A stretch of 62,357 bases of DNA, filler included. It is 3 parts of 3 records of this genome, joined end to end, with 100 filler letters (N's around TTAATTAATTAA, not from the genome) between each part and the next. Parts side by side here need not be neighbours in the genome. Positions count along the whole stretch, not along the records: positions 24,413 to 49,011 come from SRR20825006_278; positions 49,112 to 62,357 come from SRR20825006_301; 1 more part is not named here. The stretch is one strand, 5' to 3'. Below, piece by piece: positions 40,710 to 52,287 of the stretch; position 1 is the stretch's first letter, and every line of letters starts with the position of its first letter. Below the pieces are notes generated by a model, which saw nothing but the letters and a program-made list of their open reading frames with translations, ran no database searches and was not told the DNA's origin. The position numbers were made by a program, and so were the translations under genes.

Positions 40710-40869
40710 ATGTTCCCAACTACCCTGAAAAAAACTCGGCGAAGGCTTAACCCTAGTTGCCGTTAAAGGCAATCCTTTGCCCGCACTGAATGTTGGTGGA
40801 GCATGGCCGCCGACATGGCGAAATTCATCCATTTTGGTGATTTTTTAAAAAAACTTATTCAGCCAGTTC

Positions 40870-40898
40870 TTGACTCTCATCTCCCCGATCATTATCTC
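40870..40898 (+). promoter_or_regulatory. Putative groESL promoter
   Basis: TTGACT-N17-TATCTC just upstream of the CIRCE element. Confidence 0.6.
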
Positions 40899-40912
40899 CT
40901 GTGCGATGCTTG

Positions 40913-40939
40913 TTAGCACTCACATATGAAGAGTGCTAA
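40913..40939. promoter_or_regulatory. CIRCE element (HrcA operator)
   Basis: Exact match TTAGCACTC-N9-GAGTGCTAA. Confidence 0.97.
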
Positions 40940-40986
40940 TAGCAGCGAAATTAATGTCAATTCATTTGGAAATTGAAGGAGCGAAC

Positions 40987-41277
40987 ATGAGCTTCCGTCC
41001 ACTTCACGACCGCGTTGTCGTTCGTCGTGTCGACTCTGAAGAGAAAACTTCAGGCGGCATTATCATTCCTGATACTGCAAAAGAAAAGCCTTCTGAGGGC
41101 GTTGTTGTTTCTGTTGGCCCTGGCGCGCGCGACGAAGATGGCAAGCACATCACACCTGATGTGAAAGCCAACGACCGCGTTTTGTTTGGCAAATGGTCAG
41201 GCACTGAAGTCAAGATCGATGGCGAAGACCTGTTGATCATGAAAGAAAGCGACATCATGGGCGTTATCGAAGGCTAA
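40987..41277 (+). CDS. groES: Co-chaperonin GroES
   Basis: [10 protein letters not shown] and [13 protein letters not shown] motifs. Confidence 0.98.
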   Translation: MSFRPLHDRVVVRRVDSEEKTSGGIIIPDTAKEKPSEGVVVSVGPGARDEDGKHITPDVKANDRVLFGKWSGTEVKIDGEDLLIMKESDIMGVIEG

Positions 41278-41314
41278 TTCAGCCTTTTAACGTTCCCCCT
41301 AAATAAGTTTCTAA

Positions 41315-42970
<1,656 letters not shown>

Positions 42971-42998
42971 GCCAGCTACCCAACGCTATAAAGCATTA

Positions 42999-43027
42999 GG
43001 GGCGATCTTCGGATCGCCCCATTTTTG
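42999..43027 (+). terminator. groEL terminator
   Basis: ggggcgatc-TTCG-gatcgcccc followed by a T run. Confidence 0.88.
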
Positions 43028-43044
43028 TATAATAATGTTTTCGA

Positions 43045-44682
43045 TTAGCTTGCTCTAGACATCATATGTTCATGACCTGTGGTCAATTTGAACACATCCA
43101 CCATCTTATCCAATTCAGACGAGCGTGCTTCTGTTTGCTCGATGGCAGCGTTGGTTTGTTCCACCAGCGATGAATTGTGCTGCGTCATTTCATCGATTTG
43201 GGAAATGGCTGATGAAATCTCGTCAATTGACGTGGATTGCTCTTGGCTCTTTTGCGCCACAGATGCCATCAGCTCATTATTTTTACGTGCCGCTTCCAAC
43301 ATTGCGGTCAAGCTCTCGGCAGCTTGATGCACCAGCTTTGTGCCATCGGTCACTTCATGGGCAGATTTCTCAATAAGCGCCTTCACTTCGTTTGAGGCTT
43401 CTGCCGCGCTTTGGGCCAAGCGGCGAACTTCCACCGCCACAACGGCAAAGCCTTTGCCTGCCTCGCCTGCCCGTGCCGCCTCAACAGACGCGTTGAGGGC
43501 CAGCAAATTGGTTTGGAAAGCAATATCGTCGATCAATCCGATGATATTGGAAATCTTATTGGACGAGTCAGTGATCCGCTCCATCGCTTGGCTGGCACTG
43601 CTCATCACCTCGCCGCCTTCTTCTGCGGTGCGGCGCACATCATCAGCCTGCTGCATTGCTTCACGCGATTGTTTTGTGTTTTCGGCCACGGCTTGGGACA
43701 TGTTTTTTACTGTCGCCGTGGTTTGCTGAATGGCAGCAGCTTGCCGGTTGCTGCGGTCCGCCAAATCATTTGCGCCGGAGAGAATTTCTCCAGTGGCACT
43801 TTTCAGCGCGCGCGAGGTGCCTTGAATTTTGCCCACCAAATCTGAAAGCTGATCGGCGACGCCATTTATGTTGTTTTGCAACCGTGCAAATGCGCCGGAG
43901 CGTTGCCCCTCAACCCGATGGGTTAGATCTGCATTCGCCATTGAGAACAATGCGTCGTCGGCTTCCTCCAAGCGGTCGCCCAGTTCCGTCATCAACTGAT
44001 TGGTGCTTTGGATGAGCGCATTTAAATTTTGATCTTGCACTTCAACTTCAACGCGCAGATCAAAATCGCCATTCACCGCAGCGGAAAGCACATGCTGCAT
44101 TTCGGCGTTGACCATTTCGGTTTCTTGACGGGTTTGATGCACATAAGAGCTGATGGCCAACTCCACATCGAGCATCAAGACTTTCATCATATCCGCAACG
44201 GTTTGCGCCACGATTTCAGCCTGTTTGCCTGTCGATTTACCGCCAAGACCAAACGGCCCTTTGCGGGTTTTATCTTCGGCCAGCATGTCCAGCATAACGC
44301 CTTTGATCAAATCTTCAGCCACCAAAGAGTAGCCAGAAACGTAATGTTTCAGCTCCAAGCCGATTTTGGCGTGTACATGCCCGACCTGACGGCCAGCACG
44401 CAAGAAGTCCTCATCCCAAGCGCCGTCAGCTATCCGCTCCCAATGAGACACTTGTCGTGCCCGCGCACTTTGCTGCATCTGCTCGCTGTCGAAAAATGAT
44501 TTCAGCGCTGGTGACTTGGCCACTTTGCCGTAAAAGCGATCAAGTGCGTCTGGCAGATGTGAAAGAATGTGGTCTTTAGCATTTGCCACGCGTTGCGCAG
44601 CGTCAGCGTCCAGCTCCATCATCTGACGACGCTCTTCAATCGAAACCTGATCTTGATCTTGAGACACAGGTTCTCCCCCCAT
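43045..44682 (-). CDS. Soluble globin-coupled methyl-accepting chemotaxis protein (HemAT-like)
   Basis: Protoglobin domain ([19 protein letters not shown]) plus [30 protein letters not shown]; no TM segment. Confidence 0.9.
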   Translation of the reverse strand: MGGEPVSQDQDQVSIEERRQMMELDADAAQRVANAKDHILSHLPDALDRFYGKVAKSPALKSFFDSEQMQQSARARQVSHWERIADGAWDEDFLRAGRQVGHVHAKIGLELKHYVSGYSLVAEDLIKGVMLDMLAEDKTRKGPFGLGGKSTGKQAEIVAQTVADMMKVLMLDVELAISSYVHQTRQETEMVNAEMQHVLSAAVNGDFDLRVEVEVQDQNLNALIQSTNQLMTELGDRLEEADDALFSMANADLTHRVEGQRSGAFARLQNNINGVADQLSDLVGKIQGTSRALKSATGEILSGANDLADRSNRQAAAIQQTTATVKNMSQAVAENTKQSREAMQQADDVRRTAEEGGEVMSSASQAMERITDSSNKISNIIGLIDDIAFQTNLLALNASVEAARAGEAGKGFAVVAVEVRRLAQSAAEASNEVKALIEKSAHEVTDGTKLVHQAAESLTAMLEAARKNNELMASVAQKSQEQSTSIDEISSAISQIDEMTQHNSSLVEQTNAAIEQTEARSSELDKMVDVFKLTTGHEHMMSRAS

Positions 44683-44745
44683 ATTGACATCAAAAAATGG
44701 CCGATTAGATCAGCCCCCCTCTTAACGCAATATGAACCATGTTAA

Positions 44746-44771
44746 TTAACGCTGGATTAAGCGAAAGTTAC
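44746..44771. promoter_or_regulatory. CtrA-type box upstream of the chemoreceptor
   Basis: TTAA-cgctgga-TTAA (N7), with an overlapping TTAA-N7-TTAC. Confidence 0.65.
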
Positions 44772-44778
44772 ATGTGAA

Positions 44779-45552
44779 TTAAGTTGCAAACATTTCAATG
44801 ATTTGCGGCCAAAGCAGGCGAACTGCCATGGCGGTTGAGATCACCACAATCATTGGCTTGATCAAGCGTGCGCCAAACCGCATGCCTGTGATGGCACCGA
44901 GATAACCACCACCAATTTGCCCGATGATCATGGCACCGCCCACGGCCCACACCACTTCACCTGCATAGATAAAGAAGATCAACGCAGCAGCATTCGATGT
45001 GGCGTTGAGCACTTTGGTGGAGCCGACGGCGCGGGTGAGCCCGAAACCGAACAAGGTCACAAAGCCAGCCGTGAAGAATGAGCCAGTGCCGGGGCCAAAG
45101 ATGCCGTCATAAAAGCCAATGGTGAAGCCCATCAATGGCCCAAACAATGCAAAGTTCAGCCGATCTGCGCGTGCCTCATCAGAAAGGCGCGGTGAAAATA
45201 AGAAATAAGCCGCGACGCCAATCAACAAGATTGGCACTAGCAACAAAAGAATGTCGGTGTTCAACTGGGTTGCGGAAAAAGCGCCAATGACAGACCCGAT
45301 AAAGGTGGTCACGATAGCAAAGCCCAACTGGCGGAAGTCTACATAACCTTTGCGCGCATAGGTGGTGGCTGCCACCAGTGCGCCCACCACGGATTGCATT
45401 TTGTTGGTGGCCAATGCCGCCACGGGCGGCAGGCCCGCAAACAGCAAGGCGGGCAGGCTCAACAAGCCCCCACCGCCTGCGATGGCATCCATAAATCCGG
45501 CAGCGAAAGCCACTATGGCCATCATCACCAACAACGTTAATTCAAATTCCAT
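44779..45552 (-). CDS. TSUP/TauE-SafE family transporter (YfcA-like)
   Basis: DAIAGGGGL, ALATNK and GFYDGIFGPGTGSF motifs. Confidence 0.92.
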   Translation of the reverse strand: MEFELTLLVMMAIVAFAAGFMDAIAGGGGLLSLPALLFAGLPPVAALATNKMQSVVGALVAATTYARKGYVDFRQLGFAIVTTFIGSVIGAFSATQLNTDILLLLVPILLIGVAAYFLFSPRLSDEARADRLNFALFGPLMGFTIGFYDGIFGPGTGSFFTAGFVTLFGFGLTRAVGSTKVLNATSNAAALIFFIYAGEVVWAVGGAMIIGQIGGGYLGAITGMRFGARLIKPMIVVISTAMAVRLLWPQIIEMFAT

Positions 45553-45728
45553 GGGAGGTCCCGACTCGAAAAGATGCGCGCATTATGCCGCTGAGTGCAC
45601 GCAGGGGCTAGATAAATTACACAGGGAGGCATTGTTTTTAATATTCGAACGAATTGTCCAATTTTTGTTATATTGTATAATTTTTATGACTCATTAATTT
45701 GTTCGTCACGTCAAACACGGAGAGTATT

Positions 45729-46112
45729 ATGGACGGGGTAAATAAGGCAACGCCACTTGTGGCGCGCATTTTGATGTCAGTGATTTTCATCATGGCAGGT
45801 TTTTCAAAACTGACTGCGGCAGCTGCAACAGCTGGCTATTTCGAGGCATTGGGTATTCCAATGCCAGGTGTCAGTGTTTATTTGGTTGGCCTTTTTGAGC
45901 TTATTGCTGGCTTGGCTGTTTTGGTTGGTTTTAAAGCCCGCATCGCAGCGCTTTTGCTTGCACTATTCTGCGTGGCAAGTGGCTTTATGGCGCACTTCCA
46001 ACCAGCAGATCAAATGCAAATGACCAGCTTCATGAAGAACTTGGCCATGGCTGGCGGTTATTTGTACATCTGGTTGCATGGCCCAGGCGCATTTGCCATC
46101 GACAAAGACTAA
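45729..46112 (+). CDS. DoxX family membrane protein
   Basis: ARILMSVIFIMAGFSKL, FMKNLAMAGG and GPGAFAID motifs. Confidence 0.9.
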   Translation: MDGVNKATPLVARILMSVIFIMAGFSKLTAAAATAGYFEALGIPMPGVSVYLVGLFELIAGLAVLVGFKARIAALLLALFCVASGFMAHFQPADQMQMTSFMKNLAMAGGYLYIWLHGPGAFAIDKD

Positions 46113-46138
46113 TCAAATAATCTTGCGATTACGCGATT

Positions 46139-46864
46139 TTAGAGGGCTTCGGTGATTGTTTCACCGAGGCCCTTTTCCATCTTAGCCAAGAAGTCTCGCA
46201 ACAGGCCAAGCTTATCGGCGCCCCATTGTGCATTGCGGGCCACCACCAAGTTCGCCTCAGATTTCAGGATCACACCATCTTTAGGCACTTTAAGCTGATT
46301 GGCTTTCAGCGTTGAGCCGGAGGATGTGATGTCTACAATCAATTCTGCAGCCCCAGATGCTGGCGCAGCTTCGGTCGCGCCCATGGACTGTACGATGCGA
46401 TATTCGGCGATGCCATGCAGCGCGAAATGCTTGCGGGTCAAATTGATATATTTCGTCGCCACGCGCAGCCATTGGCCATGGCGGTGACGATAGTCTGACG
46501 CCACATCAGCCAAATCCCGCATGGCAGTCACATCAACCCAGCTCTCCGGCAAGCCGACAACAACATCTGCACCGCCAAAGCCCAGTGGCTTTGCCAATTC
46601 AACCTGCTCAATGCCGCGTTCTGCCGCTTCGTGCACAAGGTCTTCGCCTGTAACGCCCACATCAATATTGCCAGCAATGAGCTCGCGAGCAATTTCGCTG
46701 GCAGAGAGGAAACGAACTGTCACATCAGGCATGGACGCCATTTCGCCCAGATAGGAGCGCGCGCCGCCGGGGCGCTCAATGGGCATACCCAATTCAGCAA
46801 AAACTTCGCGGGTGGCTTCTTCCAACCGCCCTTTAGACGGAATGGCCAAAAGAATAGAACTCAT
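46139..46864 (-). CDS. hisG: ATP phosphoribosyltransferase, short form
   Basis: AIPSKGRL, GVTGED, RVATKY, GATE and IVDITSSGSTL motifs. Confidence 0.95.
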   Translation of the reverse strand: MSSILLAIPSKGRLEEATREVFAELGMPIERPGGARSYLGEMASMPDVTVRFLSASEIARELIAGNIDVGVTGEDLVHEAAERGIEQVELAKPLGFGGADVVVGLPESWVDVTAMRDLADVASDYRHRHGQWLRVATKYINLTRKHFALHGIAEYRIVQSMGATEAAPASGAAELIVDITSSGSTLKANQLKVPKDGVILKSEANLVVARNAQWGADKLGLLRDFLAKMEKGLGETITEAL

Positions 46865-47961
46865 CGTGCGCCTCCCTGCTCCAACCGATCTACCCAAACG
46901 GCACAGCCAATCGCGGTTACAGGCTTTTGCGCGCCCAAACGTTGCAACAGGCGGTCATATTGCCCGCCAGACGCCAACACGTCGCCTGTGAGATTTGACG
47001 TCAGTTCAAACACATGCCCGGTGTAATAATCGAGGCGCGGCGAGAAGCCCGCGTCAAACTCAACTTCAATGTGAGGCGCGTCTGCTTTGAGTTTTGTCAG
47101 CCGCGCGCTCAAGCGCTCTAGTTGCTGATCAAGATTGATGCCAACCTTTTGCGCCAAGGCTGTGATGTGGAACACTTGCTCATGCGCCCGGCCAGTGATT
47201 GACAGGAACTCCCGCAAGGTGCGCACTGTGGTGGCGGGCACTGGCGCTTCTGCCAATTGACGCTTTTCCAAATAGCGCTCAGCGATTTCCTCGGCGGTAC
47301 GCCCGGTATATTGCGACAAGCCTGCCTCATCCATCATTTCGAGGATTTTGGCTTTGGCGGCATCCATATCTTTCGGCAGCTCTGGCTGATCATGCTGATC
47401 TTCTGGCGCAAACAAGCGGTCTAGCAACCGCCCCATCGCGGCATCATGGCCGAAACGGTCGCGCACGCGGGGACGCCACACATCTGGCAATTCAATCTGA
47501 TCCAGCAATGCTTCAAACAGATCAACCGCCCCTAAATGCAGGCGCGGCTTTTCTTCGCCATAAAGCGCCGCGGTTTCGATGGCAAAAGCCAAACATTCTT
47601 CAAATGCTTGATCGCCATTGTCCGCAGCCAAAAATTCCAACCCGGCCTGATCAAACTCAGCCGGGCCATTTTCGCGCTGGCGAAAAACTGGCCCCAGATA
47701 ACCAAAGGATTTTGGTTCGAAGTCTGGATGCTTTTCGATGTAAGCGGCTGCAATCGGCAAGGTAAAATCTGGCCGCAGGCAATAATTGGTGCCATCGGCG
47801 CCCGTGGTCAACAACAAGCGCCGACCAATATCTTCACCTGCCAGATCAAAAAACAAATCCGACTTTTGCAAAATGTCCGGCGCGGTCAGTTCAGCCCGCT
47901 GCCGGATATTGGCTTCCAGTGCGTCGCGCTTTTGCTGCAATTCTGTTGCGGAGAAAGCCAT
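46861..47961 (-). CDS. hisZ: ATP phosphoribosyltransferase regulatory subunit
   Basis: LRPDFT, EFDQAGLE, LDYYTG and GGQYD motifs; between hisS and hisG. Confidence 0.92.
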   Translation of the reverse strand: MAFSATELQQKRDALEANIRQRAELTAPDILQKSDLFFDLAGEDIGRRLLLTTGADGTNYCLRPDFTLPIAAAYIEKHPDFEPKSFGYLGPVFRQRENGPAEFDQAGLEFLAADNGDQAFEECLAFAIETAALYGEEKPRLHLGAVDLFEALLDQIELPDVWRPRVRDRFGHDAAMGRLLDRLFAPEDQHDQPELPKDMDAAKAKILEMMDEAGLSQYTGRTAEEIAERYLEKRQLAEAPVPATTVRTLREFLSITGRAHEQVFHITALAQKVGINLDQQLERLSARLTKLKADAPHIEVEFDAGFSPRLDYYTGHVFELTSNLTGDVLASGGQYDRLLQRLGAQKPVTAIGCAVWVDRLEQGGAR

Positions 47962-47962
47962 C

Positions 47963-49011
47963 TTAGCTCGCAGCGTCCGATGTTTCGTTTTGGGCGACAA
48001 GCGATTTGATGTGTTCAACCAACTGGTCACGCTTCACGCTCACTTGCGCTGGGCGCGCGGCGCGCCATTCGGCATTGTCGGTGATGTCTTTAGAAGCGAT
48101 CTTGCCTGCCACCAAATCTTTCACCTGCACTTCGCCAGCCGCCCGCTCTTCCGAGCCTTCAATCACCACGGCTGGTGCATTGCGGCGGTCAGCATATTTC
48201 ATCTGCTTGCCCATATTTTTGGACTGGCCGAGATAAAGCTCAGCCCGCACGCCAGCAGCGCGAAGTTCGGCAACCATTTTTTGATAGTTGGCGATTTCGT
48301 CTTTATCCATGATCATTACGACCACCGGACCAAAGCGTTCCTTATCGCCCAACTCGCCGACCAATTGCAGCGCATTCGCCAAACGGCTTACGCCAATTGA
48401 AATGCCGGTTGCTGGAACTGCCTCAGCACGGAAACGACTTACCAAGCCATCATAGCGGCCACCGCCGCCGACAGAACCAAAGATAACTGTTTGGCCTTTT
48501 TCGTTGGTCACTGGGAAGGTCAATTCAGCTTCAAATACTGGCCCAGTGTAATATTCAAGGCCGCGCACAACAGATGGGTCAATCTTCACCTTGTCGCGGC
48601 TATAGCCTGCCGCATCGAAGAGGGCTTGCATTTCCTTGAGCTCGGCCACGCCTTGCTGGCCCTGCTCATTGTCGCCCACTTGCTCGGCCAAAACGTCAAA
48701 CAATGTTTCGCTATCGGCATCCGCCGTGACATAGGCGAGAATGCGGTCGATCTGATCACCATTTAGGCCTGCGCCTTTGGTGAAGTCACCGCTTTCATCT
48801 TCACGGCCTTCGCTCAACAGCAATTTCACGCCATCAACGCCCAAGCGATCCATCTTGTCGATGGCGCGCAAAACGATTAGCGATGTTTCTGGATCATCGG
48901 CCAAGCCCGCGGCGGTCAACACACCGTCCAGTACCTTGCGGTTGTTCACCCGCACGACGAACTTGCCTGTGAGGCCCAGCTCGTCCATCACGTCGGCCAT
49001 CATCATGCACA
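47963..49011 (-). CDS. hisS: Histidine-tRNA ligase, 5'-truncated at contig end
   Basis: [19 protein letters not shown] and GISIGVSRL motifs plus anticodon-binding domain. Confidence 0.95.
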
Positions 49012-49111
49012 NNNNNNNNNNNNNNNNNNNNNNNNNNNNNNNNNNNNNNNNNNNNTTAATTAATTAANNNNNNNNNNNNNNNNNNNNNNNNNNNNNNNNN
49101 NNNNNNNNNNN
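49012..49111. other. Artificial contig linker
   Basis: N44-TTAATTAATTAA-N44. Confidence 0.99.
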
Positions 49112-49113
49112 CG

Positions 49114-49212
49114 ACCCTCCCAGGGGGAGGGTGAATTTGTAAAGTAAGTGCCATTCGGCGTTAGCCTCGGTTCTGTGATGTCGGAACCGGGGCTAACGCC
49201 CAAACGGCTCAC
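49114..49212. repeat. Two palindromic REP-like elements
   Basis: accctccc-agg-gggagggt, and ggcgttagcctcggttc-N10-gaaccggggctaacgcc with imperfect outer arms. Confidence 0.7.
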
Positions 49213-49227
49213 TCTTTGAACAACCGC

Positions 49228-50826
49228 TCATGCCGAGGCGAAGGCTCGAAAGACGCGTCGGATGCGGTGGTCGATGTAGAAACCGTTGGACGCGTGAATT
49301 TGCAGCGTTTGCAACCATGGCGTTTCGCTGGCGGAACGGATTCGCAACTGCAGGACCAGCAATCCGGCGAAGCCAGCCGCGATCGTGGATGTCACGACAA
49401 GGTTGTTGGTTGGCGTTGGCAAGCTCGGAAGACTGCCGGCGATCAACGCGTCCGTTGCCAAATAGCATCCGACGTAGAGCAAACAGATCAGTGCCGAGAT
49501 GGCAGTGCACTGCACGACCAGCCACCGAGACCCGGACCGGATGGCTTCGCCAATCCAGTGTGACAGGGCCAAGCAAAGAATCCCGCCGAGAATCAACCCG
49601 CCGGCTTTCTCGTTGGGCGAGACATTCAGCAGGATCGAGACGATTGCGAACAAGACGCACGAGGCGGTGATGGCGAAGGTTGTCTCATACCAAGTCAGTG
49701 GTCGCTTCAGATCGCTCGCGCCGGTGATCGCCTTGGCATCGCTGACCACGCTGCCGGATCGTAGAAACGAGTTGGCTTTGTAGAGTGAATGCGCGACGAT
49801 GTGCACGGTTGCCGCAGTGTAGGCACCCAAACCGCACTGCAGCATCATGAATCCCATCTGCGCGATTGTGGAATAGGCCAGCGACTTCTTCACGCTGGTT
49901 TGAGTCATCATCACGGTGGCTGCCATCACGGTCGTGAATAAACCGATGATCGCTAAGACGTGCAGGTTGGTTGGAAACAACTCAAAGATGGGTGAGAAAC
50001 GAATCACCAGGTATCCGCCCGCGTTGACGATGCCAGCGTGCATCAACGCCGAGACCGGTGTGGGGCTGTTCAGCGTTTCTGGCAACCAAGTGTGGAACGG
50101 AAACTGAACCGATTGAATGACGGCAGCGATCATCAAGAACGCACCAGCGGCTAACAGCGTTGTCGGTACGGACTGCGAATCGATCACCATGTTTCCGACG
50201 GATGCGAAAATGTCGTGCAAGTAAGGGGAATCGAAGTGGACGAACAGAATTGCGAAACCAGCGATCAAAGCGACGTCGCCGACTCGGTTGATCGCGAACT
50301 TCGTCCACGCGGCGCGTTTGGCACCGGGTTGTTCTGGATGGAGCACCAGCAATTGATGCAGGGCCAAGTTCATCACAACCCAAGCCACCGCGAACACGGC
50401 CAGGTGTCCGGATACCATCATCCAGCTGACCGCGCCGATCGTCACCGCACTGAAACGATAGTAGCGTCCTTGGTTAGGCGATCCGTCCAAGTACTCGAAG
50501 GAATACTGGCAGGTGACCCAACCAATGAAGGTGACCAAGAGCAGCATCAAACCCGACAGACCATCGAGCAGCACCGGAGACGCGACTCCGAGCTCTCCGG
50601 ATGAAAGTTCACCTGATGCAAGAAGTCCGTCCGTTGCACCGGAGGCGACACCCCACCACCGGATAGCGAACACGACCAGCAAAACAGCGACCTGCGACGC
50701 AACCGCGATGTTGATCCACCGCCGCCAAGAAACCACGTGCCGGCGGGTCAGCGAGTCCGGTACCAAAACGGCTGCGACGAGCGCCGTTGGAAGGAGCATC
50801 GGCAAAAAGTTCAACCAATCGGACAT
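49228..50826 (-). CDS. NuoL/ND5-like proton-conducting membrane protein, DabB/MpsA type
   Basis: YSFEYLDG, QFPFHTWLPE, PTPVSALMHAGIVNAGG, SLAYSTIAQMGFMMLQCGLG, HIVAHSLYKA and NGFYID motifs; no nuo operon around it. Confidence 0.82.
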   Translation of the reverse strand: MSDWLNFLPMLLPTALVAAVLVPDSLTRRHVVSWRRWINIAVASQVAVLLVVFAIRWWGVASGATDGLLASGELSSGELGVASPVLLDGLSGLMLLLVTFIGWVTCQYSFEYLDGSPNQGRYYRFSAVTIGAVSWMMVSGHLAVFAVAWVVMNLALHQLLVLHPEQPGAKRAAWTKFAINRVGDVALIAGFAILFVHFDSPYLHDIFASVGNMVIDSQSVPTTLLAAGAFLMIAAVIQSVQFPFHTWLPETLNSPTPVSALMHAGIVNAGGYLVIRFSPIFELFPTNLHVLAIIGLFTTVMAATVMMTQTSVKKSLAYSTIAQMGFMMLQCGLGAYTAATVHIVAHSLYKANSFLRSGSVVSDAKAITGASDLKRPLTWYETTFAITASCVLFAIVSILLNVSPNEKAGGLILGGILCLALSHWIGEAIRSGSRWLVVQCTAISALICLLYVGCYLATDALIAGSLPSLPTPTNNLVVTSTIAAGFAGLLVLQLRIRSASETPWLQTLQIHASNGFYIDHRIRRVFRAFASA

Positions 50827-51134
50827 CGCGAGCTTCCTCAAAACCTAGAAACGTGAGACATGAAACCGGAGACACGAAAAGTAAAGCACGACAAAGGTGT
50901 CGTCAATTGGTTTTCGTCAGTTTTCTTTGTTTGGTTGAGCCTGATTTTCCTCCTGAACGACGAATTTGGACCGGTTTATGTGGGAAATGGTGCGTTCAAC
51001 GTGTGGTTTCGATGTCACGAAAAAAAAGACGTGTTTCCGATGTTACAATTCGGAATCACCAGACATTCTGAGGAGTGGCTCGGCTTAAACACTTTGAAAT
51101 CGCAGGAAACCGCGGCCCAGGCGGACCCAAGACA

Positions 51135-51542
51135 ATGGCAGCGAAGAAAGTCACTCACGGACGGAGTTCCGCACGAAAATCCAAGACCGATCCGGCGACA
51201 CCGGCGGCCGAGCCAACCGCCGAAAAGAAGTCGTCACTTGATCCTGGGACGGCAGAAGAACGTCGTTCCAGTGCGCGCTGGACGTTTCTGACCAACCACG
51301 CACACGTGTTGATCGCGTTGCATGCCCGACCGGATTTGGTGCTGCGTGAAGTCGCAGTGGAGGTCGGGATCACCGAACGAGCGGTTCAGCGAATCGTCCA
51401 GGACCTGGAAGAAGAAGGATTCATCCGACGCGAAAAAGTGGGACGCAAGAACCACTATGAAGTCTTGCCCGACCAAGCACTGCGTCACCCGATCGAAGCG
51501 CACCGCAACATTGGCGATCTTCTCAGGCTCATCACTGGTTGA
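51135..51542 (+). CDS. Winged-helix transcriptional regulator
   Basis: [32 protein letters not shown] and LRHPIE motifs. Confidence 0.88.
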   Translation: MAAKKVTHGRSSARKSKTDPATPAAEPTAEKKSSLDPGTAEERRSSARWTFLTNHAHVLIALHARPDLVLREVAVEVGITERAVQRIVQDLEEEGFIRREKVGRKNHYEVLPDQALRHPIEAHRNIGDLLRLITG

Positions 51543-51627
51543 TAAAGACCGACGTTCATCCGCCAAGTTGAACGCTGGACTTTTAGCGTGAAAAACGGTT
51601 GAGGTGTTTCGTTTGATAGCAGTTGAA

Positions 51628-52287
51628 TCAAGCGACGGCAGACGATGACGGTTCCAACCATTCACGTTTATTGGCAATCAAGCAAACAACTTGGATGAAC
51701 GAATCGACGTGCATCTTCCGCAAGATGTTTGCGCGATGGGCTTCCACCGTTTTGACAGAGATGTCGAGCTGGGAGGCGATCTGTTTCGACAATCGCCCGT
51801 CCATCACCAACGCCAGTATCTCCCGCTCACGGGGACTCAACGAGTCGATCCGTTTCAGCACGCTTTGATCCGCCAACCACTGCTGACGCAATTGATCGTC
51901 CTGTTGTAATGCAGCGCGGACGCGTGTGATGAACAACGAACCATCCAGTGGCCTTTCGAAGAAATCCTGGGCACCACTTCGCATCGCACGAGAGAGATCG
52001 CAAGCGCGTGGTTCACCTCCCACGATGATGTAGGGCGGGCAATAGCCCTTCTCGGAGATCTGTTCGGCAAGCGTGATACCGGCGACCAGCGAGATACTCA
52101 GGTCCATCACCATGCATCCGGAGATGTGAGGATTATAGTGCTCGTAGAACTGGCTCGGATGATGGAACAGGGAAACGTCAGAGTCGTTCTCTCTCAACAA
52201 AATGGAAACTGACTCTGCCGTGGAACTGGGGTCCTCGATTAGGAAAATGGTGGATTGATCGCGACGGATCAGTGGGTGCAACAACAC
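51628..52287 (-). CDS. FixJ/LuxR-family response regulator with atypical receiver
   Basis: C-terminal LSPREREIL...SKQIA.QL.IS.KTVEAHRANI; receiver motifs are degenerate. Confidence 0.85.
   Translation of the reverse strand: MLLHPLIRRDQSTIFLIEDPSSTAESVSILLRENDSDVSLFHHPSQFYEHYNPHISGCMVMDLSISLVAGITLAEQISEKGYCPPYIIVGGEPRACDLSRAMRSGAQDFFERPLDGSLFITRVRAALQQDDQLRQQWLADQSVLKRIDSLSPREREILALVMDGRLSKQIASQLDISVKTVEAHRANILRKMHVDSFIQVVCLIANKREWLEPSSSAVA

Noticed and set aside
49228-50826. Respiratory complex I nuoL
   Set aside because: No other nuo genes nearby, and the motifs (HAGIVNAGG, MMLQCGLG) fit the DabB/MpsA subfamily.
50860-51291. 143-aa ORF across the dabB-regulator intergenic region
   Set aside because: It overlaps the regulator in another frame, covers an AT-rich promoter region and has no motifs.
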